64,000 bases of DNA, from the IMG/VR virus record IMGVR_UViG_3300014205_000170, positions 288,001 through 352,000 of that record. The stretch is one strand, 5' to 3'. The DNA comes from a virus. Its lineage: Duplodnaviria > Caudoviricetes. Shown here piece by piece: positions 53,249 through 59,394 of this stretch; position 1 is the stretch's first letter; every line of letters begins with the position of its first letter. The translations under genes were made by a program, and so were the position numbers. The notes below the pieces were generated by a model. That model worked only from the letters and a program-made list of their open reading frames with translations, had not been told where the DNA came from and made no database searches.

Positions 53249-54056
53249 AAATGACTGGGTTTCATTTTACATTGGTATTGACAGAAGTAGGTTTACTTTA
53301 AGTCCAGCTTCTTATTTTGATGAAAGATTCTACATCATTTTAACCCCAACTCTATTAATTCCTATTATAGGTGTGTTTTTTACCGGTTTAAGCTTCTGGT
53401 CTCTTGTATGGTTATTATTCATTCCATATGGTTATGGATGTCTATATATTCATCTTCCTATATATTCAGGTCTTGACGAATGTGACCCTCCGGAATATGG
53501 TTTTTATTTTTTTGGAGAAAATCTTTTAAGAATAAATTCATTTGTTGTTTGTAGGGGGAAAACTAGTAATAAATACTTTAACATGCCATGGTATTGGGTT
53601 TGGGAACGAACTAGTAAATTAAAAAAAGATGGTACTTGGCAACATGATTTGAGAAAAAAGAAATTTGATTTTTATACTAAAGAATGGGAAAACGAAGTTT
53701 GGAAAGAAGAATATCCGTTTACTTATATTTTAAAGAATGGTAATATACAACAAAGACTAGCGATAATTACTGTGCATGAAATGGAATGGCGTTGGAAAGC
53801 TTTAAAAATTTTACCATTTCCACGGATGATTCGTAAAAGTATCGATATTCAATTTGAATATGGGGGTCCAATTGAAAGAGAAATATTTTTTGAAAAACAA
53901 GGAAATAAATCCAAGTATTTAGAAAAATACACCGGAGAAGTTGGTGAAAGAACTGGAGGTTGGAAAGGCGGAACCACTGGGTGTAGTTACAGTATGCGAC
54001 AAAATGAAACTCCTCTTGAAACTTTAAGAAGAATGGAAAAAGAAAGAAAATTTTAG
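53232..54056 (+). CDS. Hypothetical membrane protein (REIFFEK motif)
   Basis: Transmembrane segment; GEVGERTGGWKGG. Confidence 0.6.
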   Translation: MKKLFKNDWVSFYIGIDRSRFTLSPASYFDERFYIILTPTLLIPIIGVFFTGLSFWSLVWLLFIPYGYGCLYIHLPIYSGLDECDPPEYGFYFFGENLLRINSFVVCRGKTSNKYFNMPWYWVWERTSKLKKDGTWQHDLRKKKFDFYTKEWENEVWKEEYPFTYILKNGNIQQRLAIITVHEMEWRWKALKILPFPRMIRKSIDIQFEYGGPIEREIFFEKQGNKSKYLEKYTGEVGERTGGWKGGTTGCSYSMRQNETPLETLRRMEKERKF

Positions 54057-54128
54057 TAAAAGCTTTAAATTTTAAAACTTTTTCTTAACTTTAACGTATA
54101 ATAAGAAAAATAGACTACTTATAATTAT

Positions 54129-54215
54129 ATGATTACTAAAAATACATATCACTATTTGACACTTAATGTGGTCGTGGCGCACTTTTTACAAGTCGTCCAG
54201 CCGGACTATATTTAA
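54129..54215 (+). CDS. Val-rich attenuator leader peptide (28 aa)
   Basis: MITKNTYHYLTLNVVVAHFLQVVQPDYI*; Val codons GTG GTC GTG...GTC GTC. Confidence 0.8.
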   Translation: MITKNTYHYLTLNVVVAHFLQVVQPDYI

Positions 54216-54240
54216 ACTTTAGTGTATTATAATACATTCA

Positions 54241-54275
54241 GACTCCGGCTAAACAAGTCGGAGTTTTTTATTTTT
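54241..54275 (+). terminator. Attenuator terminator upstream of ValRS
   Basis: actccggct/agtcggagt plus T-run; the 5' arm can alternatively pair with agccgga in the leader. Confidence 0.85.
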
Positions 54276-54289
54276 AAAAAATTAATTTT

Positions 54290-55642
54290 ATGAAAACAGA
54301 TAATAAATACAAAATAGATATGCCACCACCAACGATAAGTGGTAAATTACATATGGGTCACGCTTTTTCTTATACACAAATGGATTTTATAGCGCGATAT
54401 CAACGAATGAAAAATAAAGAGTTGATTTACCCATTTGGTTATGATAACAATGGAATACCAACAGAAAAGTTTGCTTACAAAAAAAGAATAACAGATACAC
54501 AAAAGATAATCGAACTTTCAAATGAAACTTCTAAAATGTATATGGAATTTTTCAATAATATAAATATGGGGTTTTCTAATCATAGTTATAACACATTTGA
54601 TAAGCTTTCCACTGAAATTGCCTTACTGTCTTTTTATGACCTCAAAGAGAAAGGGTTGCTTTATAAAGGAAAAGAAAATTATTCTTTTTGTACTTCTTGT
54701 AATAAATCGATTCCTAATTCTGAAATTGAAAATAATAAACACATTAGAGATAATGGTGATATTATTGAAAAAGAAGGGGAAGGTTATTTTATTAAAACCA
54801 AAGACTTTAAACAAGAACTTATAGAACAAATTGAAAAAATAGAATGGAAACCTGAAAAATTCAAGAATAGAATTTTAAGTTGGATTAATGATATGGATAG
54901 AGATTGGTCAATTGCTAGACGCAGAGATTATGGAATTTCAATTCCAGGAGAATCTGAACTAAAGTTTGATACATGGTTTACCTCTTCTTTAACTCCTCAA
55001 ATAGCATGGGCATCTCATACCGGTATTGCTTCTTTAGAATGTCCTATTTTTGATTTAAGATTTCAAGCACATGATATTATTAGTACTTGGGCGCTATATA
55101 CCATCATTAAATCTTATCACCACAATAAACAAATACCATGGAAACAGATTATTATCACTGGACATGCGCTTGATAAAAATGGTGATAAACTTGCAAAGAG
55201 TAAAGGAAATTGTACCACCACTGATTATTACATAAAAGAATTTGGTGGAGAAGGAATAAGATATTGGGCAGCTCAAACTCAAATTGGAACCGATACATTA
55301 TTAGATGATGAAACAATGAAAAATTGTAAAAAGCTTATGATTAAACTTAAAAATGCATATAAATTCATAGAGTTTCAAAAATCCAAAGAATGGCTTGGTT
55401 TCAATAAAGAGAAAGAAATTGAGTGGGGAACAATTAAAATAAAAATAGAAGAATATTTTGAACAAGGAGATTGGGCAAAAGCATTTGAAGAATTGTTTAA
55501 TTTCTTCTGGAAAAGATTTTGCGATATTTTTATTGAAGATTCAAAAAAAGAGAGTTGTTCACAAAGCTTAGAGCTAATTTTAAATGAAATGATGATTTAT
55601 TGGCAAATTTTCTTCCCAAAAATTCAAGAAAACATAAAATAA
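54290..55642 (+). CDS. valS: Minimal valyl-tRNA synthetase
   Basis: PPPTISGKLHMGHA (HIGH), DFIARYQRM, FDTWFTSS, QAHDII, KLAKSKGN (KMSKS); Val leader upstream. Confidence 0.85.
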   Translation: MKTDNKYKIDMPPPTISGKLHMGHAFSYTQMDFIARYQRMKNKELIYPFGYDNNGIPTEKFAYKKRITDTQKIIELSNETSKMYMEFFNNINMGFSNHSYNTFDKLSTEIALLSFYDLKEKGLLYKGKENYSFCTSCNKSIPNSEIENNKHIRDNGDIIEKEGEGYFIKTKDFKQELIEQIEKIEWKPEKFKNRILSWINDMDRDWSIARRRDYGISIPGESELKFDTWFTSSLTPQIAWASHTGIASLECPIFDLRFQAHDIISTWALYTIIKSYHHNKQIPWKQIIITGHALDKNGDKLAKSKGNCTTTDYYIKEFGGEGIRYWAAQTQIGTDTLLDDETMKNCKKLMIKLKNAYKFIEFQKSKEWLGFNKEKEIEWGTIKIKIEEYFEQGDWAKAFEELFNFFWKRFCDIFIEDSKKESCSQSLELILNEMMIYWQIFFPKIQENIK

Positions 55643-55826
55643 AACTGAAATTATTCTATTGATTTATAGAGAATTAAGAAAAAAAACATAAAAAAACTTT
55701 GTTTTATTGAAACTTTACCTTAAATTTGACGTTAGAATATAAAATTGTACTATTTATTATAAGTTGAACCCCATATAAATGGGAGATACAGTGCGGGGTC
55801 TCTCACAGCTTATTTAGAATTAGAAA

Positions 55827-55928
55827 ATGAAAAATGTAAATACATACACGGTTAATACACTAAGACAATTAGTGTTAGAACAACTTATAGAAAGTTGTCC
55901 AGCTGGGATATGTTCGTTTACAAGTTAA
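55827..55928 (+). CDS. Attenuator leader peptide (33 aa) of the tRNA array
   Basis: MKNVNTYTVNTLRQLVLEQLIESCPAGICSFTS*; contains the antiterminator agctggg. Confidence 0.7.
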   Translation: MKNVNTYTVNTLRQLVLEQLIESCPAGICSFTS

Positions 55929-55951
55929 TTATATATAACTAAACGTTCTTC

Positions 55952-55984
55952 AAGAACCCCGGCTTTAAAAGGTCGGGGTTTTTT
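55952..55984 (+). terminator. Attenuator terminator upstream of the tRNA array
   Basis: aaccccggct/ggtcggggtt plus T-run, ending about 14 nt before the first tRNA. Confidence 0.85.
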
Positions 55985-55998
55985 GTTTTATTGATATT

Positions 55999-56070
55999 GC
56001 CTTATTAGCTCAGTTGTAAGAGCGCTCGTTTCGTAAACGAGAGGTCATCAGGTCGAACTGATATGAGGCT
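55999..56070 (+). tRNA. tRNA-Thr(CGT), atypical T-loop
   Basis: Acceptor gccttat/atgaggc; ctcgt-ttCGTaa-acgag. Confidence 0.75.
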
Positions 56071-56081
56071 CAAAAAAATAT

Positions 56082-56168
56082 GCCTTCGTGGTGAAATTGG
56101 ACAGAGACACAAGGGTCTTAAAAACCCTCGGATTTAATTCCATGCGGATTCGAGTTCCGCCGAAGGTA
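56082..56168 (+). tRNA. tRNA-Leu(TAA)
   Basis: agggt-ctTAAaa-accct; long variable arm. Confidence 0.9.
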
Positions 56169-56181
56169 CAAAAAAAGAGAA

Positions 56182-56349
56182 ATGGGAAAAGTAGAAAAGA
56201 AAAAATTAAGATTACAAGAAAGGATTCAAACTTTAGAAAATGAATTAAGAACTTCTTTGACAAAAAAAACATCTGATGTAAAAGAAATCAATGTTGCTGT
56301 TCATCAAAGAAAAATTTATGATTTAAAATTAGAATTACAAAAAATGTAA
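56182..56349 (+). CDS. Small coiled-coil protein within the tRNA array (55 aa)
   Basis: MGKVEKKKLRLQERIQTLENELR...LELQKM*. Confidence 0.55.
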   Translation: MGKVEKKKLRLQERIQTLENELRTSLTKKTSDVKEINVAVHQRKIYDLKLELQKM

Positions 56350-56355
56350 CAACAC

Positions 56356-56429
56356 GCCTTCGTAGCACAACGGATTAGTGTCTCTGTTTTCTAAACAGGT
56401 GGGTGGAGGTTCGAATCCTCTCGAAGGTA
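56356..56429 (+). tRNA. tRNA-Arg(TCT)
   Basis: tctgt-ttTCTaa-acagg; ggttcgaatcc. Confidence 0.88.
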
Positions 56430-56449
56430 CAAATGGTTCTTTGACATAT

Positions 56450-56534
56450 GCCAGAATGGTGAAATCGTGTAGACACACCATCCTCAAAAGATGGCGCTAT
56501 AAAAAGCGTGAGAGTTCGAATCTCTCTTCTGGTA
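56450..56534 (+). tRNA. tRNA-Leu(CAA)
   Basis: ccatc-ctCAAaa-gatgg; variable arm. Confidence 0.9.
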
Positions 56535-56539
56535 CAATA

Positions 56540-56614
56540 GCTCCCTTAGCTCAGCTGGTTAGCAGCATCAGACTCATAATCTGAGGGTCGTTGGTTCGAG
56601 CCCAACAGGGAGCA
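56540..56614 (+). tRNA. tRNA with CAT anticodon (Met or Ile2)
   Basis: tcaga-ctCATaa-tctga. Confidence 0.9.
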
Positions 56615-56619
56615 CAAAT

Positions 56620-56704
56620 GTTACGGTATGCAAACTGGCTGAAGCACCTAGATTTTCAATCTAGTTTCGAAAGAAAATTGCAGGTTCGAACCCCGTCCGT
56701 AATA
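56620..56704 (+). tRNA. tRNA with TTC (Glu) anticodon and long variable arm
   Basis: ctaga-ttTTCaa-tctag; extra arm tttcgaaagaaa. Confidence 0.75.
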
Positions 56705-56709
56705 CAAAT

Positions 56710-56784
56710 GGCCACATAGCTCAATCGCGTTGGAGCAGGATGCTTATATCATCAAGGTTGGGAGTTCAAATCTCTCTGTGGCTA
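56710..56784 (+). tRNA. tRNA-Ile(TAT)
   Basis: gatg-ctTATat-catc; acceptor ggccaca/tgtggct. Confidence 0.8.
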
Positions 56785-56797
56785 CAAAAAAATAAAT

Positions 56798-56879
56798 GCT
56801 CCGTTGGCGGAATGCAGACGCACTTGGCTTAGGACCAAGCTCTCGAAAGGGAATGAAGATTCGAATTCTTCACGGAGTA
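56798..56879 (+). tRNA. tRNA-Leu(TAG)
   Basis: cttgg-ctTAGga-ccaag; variable arm. Confidence 0.9.
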
Positions 56880-56959
56880 CAAAATTGTTCTTTGAATATT
56901 TGAAATACATGTTATTTTAGAAATATAGTGTGTATAACATTTTTTGTCTATTTATAATC

Positions 56960-57421
56960 ATGAGAAATGATATAATAAAACAAAAAAAAATAATTTTGAA
57001 ATTAATAAATGAAAATAGACCAAAATCATTTATTTGTAAGTTTTTAGATTGTAGACCTCTTACGTTAGATAATTATTTAAAAAAGTGGAACATAAATTAT
57101 GTTGGGAATAAAGGAGGAAAGGGATATAAAATTTCACCGATAAAAAAAACAGCTATTCAATATATGAATAGCACTGGACATATAAGTTCTTATAAATTAG
57201 GGAAAAAACTTATAGAAGATGGATTAAAAGAAAAAAAATGCGAATGTTGTAATTTAACAAAATGGATAAATAAAGACATACCTTTAGAATTACATCACAA
57301 AGATGGAAATAGGTTTAATAATGAATTACAAAATTTACAATTATTATGTCCTAATTGTCATGCTTTAACTGAAAATTATGGTAGCAAAAATAAAAAAAAT
57401 AAAAATGGCCCATTCGTCTAG
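56960..57421 (+). mobile_element. HNH homing endonuclease inserted in the tRNA array
   Basis: CECC...LELHHKDGN...NLQLLCPNCH; 3' end overlaps tRNA-Glu. Confidence 0.88.
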
Positions 57422-57479
57422 GGGTTTAGGACGCTGCCCTTTCACGGCAGAAACACGGATTCGAATTCCGTATGGGCTA
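57407..57479 (+). tRNA. tRNA-Glu(TTC)
   Basis: ctgcc-ctTTCac-ggcag. Confidence 0.92.
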
Positions 57480-57488
57480 CAATAAAAT

Positions 57489-57561
57489 GCTCTTATCGAC
57501 AAGTGGTTTAAGTCACCGCTTTCTCAAAGCGGAGTCACGGGTTCAAGTCCCGTTAAGAGTA
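57489..57561 (+). tRNA. tRNA-Glu(CTC)
   Basis: ccgct-ttCTCaa-agcgg. Confidence 0.88.
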
Positions 57562-57566
57562 CAAAT

Positions 57567-57645
57567 GCCGATGTGATGTAATGGTAGCCATACTGGTTTA
57601 AGAAGCCAGTGCGAAAGCGTTTCGGTTCGAGTCCGAACATCGGTA
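57567..57645 (+). tRNA. tRNA-Leu(AAG)
   Basis: ctggt-ttAAGaa-gccag; short extra arm gcgaaagc. Confidence 0.85.
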
Positions 57646-57661
57646 CAAAAAAAGGAAAAAA

Positions 57662-57991
57662 ATGGAAACAACAGAAGTAAAAATTAATGCAATCGAAGTA
57701 AAAAAAGAACTGTATAAAAGTAAGGTAAATGCAAAATTAAGTCATTTTGACAAACCAAACTTGTATTACACAGTAGAATTGTCTACGGGAACATATCAGT
57801 TTCCTATTGCAACTACTGTAAAAAAAACATTAACTCTAATGGATGGAGATGAAGTTATTTCAATGTTTGACATTGATAAAGCTGCTCCGGACTTAGCAGG
57901 CGCTAACTTTGGTTTAGAGGTAAAAGCCTCTGATTTGAACCGTTGGATTGAGAGAGCAATAAAGAACGACGATTTTATAAAAATCAGTTAG
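57662..57991 (+). CDS. Hypothetical protein
   Basis: ORF. Confidence 0.55.
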   Translation: METTEVKINAIEVKKELYKSKVNAKLSHFDKPNLYYTVELSTGTYQFPIATTVKKTLTLMDGDEVISMFDIDKAAPDLAGANFGLEVKASDLNRWIERAIKNDDFIKIS

Positions 57992-58028
57992 TAGATTTTT
58001 TTGTGTTTATATTTATATATAAACGCAA

Positions 58029-58442
58029 ATGAAAAAATTTCTGTTAATATTTTTTATAGTTTTAAGTTTAGCGTGCAAATCTCAAACTAAAAATTTGTGG
58101 CAAAAAATTCCAGATGACGCAAAACATGTTTATTCTGGTGTGATAATTACAATGGTAACTGGTGATTTAGTTTATAAATATTCAAAAGGAAGAACAGGAT
58201 TAGCGGTAGGAGTTGGTTTTTTATCAGGAGTAACCGCAGGAGTGGCAAAAGAATTGATATGGGACAAGTGGATGGGAAAAGGCGTTCCGAGTAAGTGGGA
58301 TGCATTTAGTACTGCGTGGGGAGCAGGAATAGGCACTATATCACTTAGGGTAATGATAGATGTTAGAGAACGAAAGCAGTATGATGAATACTCAATAGAA
58401 AAATTAGGTAAAAAGAAAAAAAGAAGACATAGAAATGGTTAA
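58029..58442 (+). CDS. Putative lipoprotein/membrane protein (YfiM-like)
   Basis: Lipobox-like SLAC, DDAKH, GVAKELIWD, WDA. Confidence 0.6.
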   Translation: MKKFLLIFFIVLSLACKSQTKNLWQKIPDDAKHVYSGVIITMVTGDLVYKYSKGRTGLAVGVGFLSGVTAGVAKELIWDKWMGKGVPSKWDAFSTAWGAGIGTISLRVMIDVRERKQYDEYSIEKLGKKKKRRHRNG

Positions 58443-58515
58443 CATAACAATTAATATTCAACAACAACAGCAACAACAAACTCTAAATAAGGGTTCCGGA
58501 ATTGCTTTGTCTTGA
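58435..58515 (+). CDS. Poly-Gln attenuator leader peptide (26 aa)
   Basis: MVNITINIQQQQQQQTLNKGSGIALS*; 6 CAA + 1 CAG. Confidence 0.88.
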   Translation: MVNITINIQQQQQQQTLNKGSGIALS

Positions 58516-58537
58516 CGTTATTAATTTAACAAATTAC

Positions 58538-58571
58538 AAAAAGCCTGGAACTTAAAGTTTCAGGCTTTTTT
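58538..58571 (+). terminator. Attenuator terminator upstream of the tRNA-Gln cluster and GlnRS
   Basis: aagcctggaact/agtttcaggctt plus T-run; the 5' arm can pair with ggttccgg in the leader. Confidence 0.88.
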
Positions 58572-58577
58572 ATTTAT

Positions 58578-58648
58578 TGTCCTATAGTGTAATGGCAGCA
58601 CAAGAGATTTTGACTCTCTTAGTCTAGGTTCGAGTCCTAGTGGGACAA
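58578..58648 (+). tRNA. tRNA-Gln(TTG)
   Basis: agaga-ttTTGac-tctct. Confidence 0.92.
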
Positions 58649-58653
58649 CATAT

Positions 58654-58725
58654 TCCTCGTTGGTCTAATGGCAATGACGTTGGTTTTTGACACCAAAAGT
58701 GGTAGTTCGATTCTATCACGAGGAA
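58654..58725 (+). tRNA. tRNA-Gln(TTG)
   Basis: ttggt-ttTTGac-accaa. Confidence 0.88.
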
Positions 58726-58730
58726 CAAAT

Positions 58731-58803
58731 TGCTCCATAGTATAATGGCCTATTATCGCTGCCTTTGAAGCAGAAGACCTTGGTTCGATTCCAAGTGGAG
58801 CAT
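58731..58803 (+). tRNA. tRNA-Gln(TTG)
   Basis: ctgc-ctTTGaa-gcag. Confidence 0.88.
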
Positions 58804-58810
58804 CTAAAAT

Positions 58811-58883
58811 TGCCTTATAGTATAATGGTTATTATTCTCGTTTCTGAGACGATGAGATGTTGGTTCGAATCCAGCTTAGGTAA
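58811..58883 (+). tRNA. tRNA-Gln(CTG)
   Basis: tcgt-ttCTGag-acga. Confidence 0.82.
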
Positions 58884-58906
58884 CAAACAAAAAAAATCGT
58901 AACTTT

Positions 58907-59392
58907 ATGGTTATGAAAACGAGAGAAGAACAAATAAAAAATGCTACAGTTCAAATAGGCAATACTGTTAAGGTTAATAAGCGATTATTGGATAAAAAAC
59001 TATCAATAGAACTTTTTAAAGAAACTGCGGAAGAATTATTTAAAGAACATTCAGAATATTATAAGCCAAAACATTTTAATACTATTGTTTATAAATTGTT
59101 TTCTATGAAAAACGTTTTTGTTGCAACAGCTCCATGTGAAGATTTTTTTGATAAAAAAGGAAAATGGATTACAGAAATACCAACTCGTTCACACAGAAGC
59201 TTAGAAGCATTTGATATTATTGATTCTATTCAAAATTATTTAAATGAAGGAGCATTGGTATATTTATATACATTTTATAGTATGAAACAGGATATTGTTA
59301 CAGGTTATAGAAATAATGATTTTACAGACACAATAGTAGAACCAAATGTTGATACATATTGGTGGAGATTAATAGTAAAAAAAGAAGAATAA
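58907..59392 (+). CDS. Hypothetical protein in the Gln operon
   Basis: ORF between the tRNA-Gln genes and GlnRS. Confidence 0.55.
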   Translation: MVMKTREEQIKNATVQIGNTVKVNKRLLDKKLSIELFKETAEELFKEHSEYYKPKHFNTIVYKLFSMKNVFVATAPCEDFFDKKGKWITEIPTRSHRSLEAFDIIDSIQNYLNEGALVYLYTFYSMKQDIVTGYRNNDFTDTIVEPNVDTYWWRLIVKKEE

Positions 59393-59394
59393 TT

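Noticed and set aside
56640-56670. Reading the ttttcaa loop as a UCA (opal suppressor/Sec) anticodon
   Set aside because: The 5-bp stem ctaga/tctag centres TTC in the 7-nt loop, and TGA is used as a normal stop in this window.
58459-58479. (CAA)n microsatellite as a simple repeat or contingency locus
   Set aside because: It is in frame in an ATG-initiated ORF, is interrupted by a synonymous CAG and precedes Gln genes, so it is better explained as attenuator control codons.
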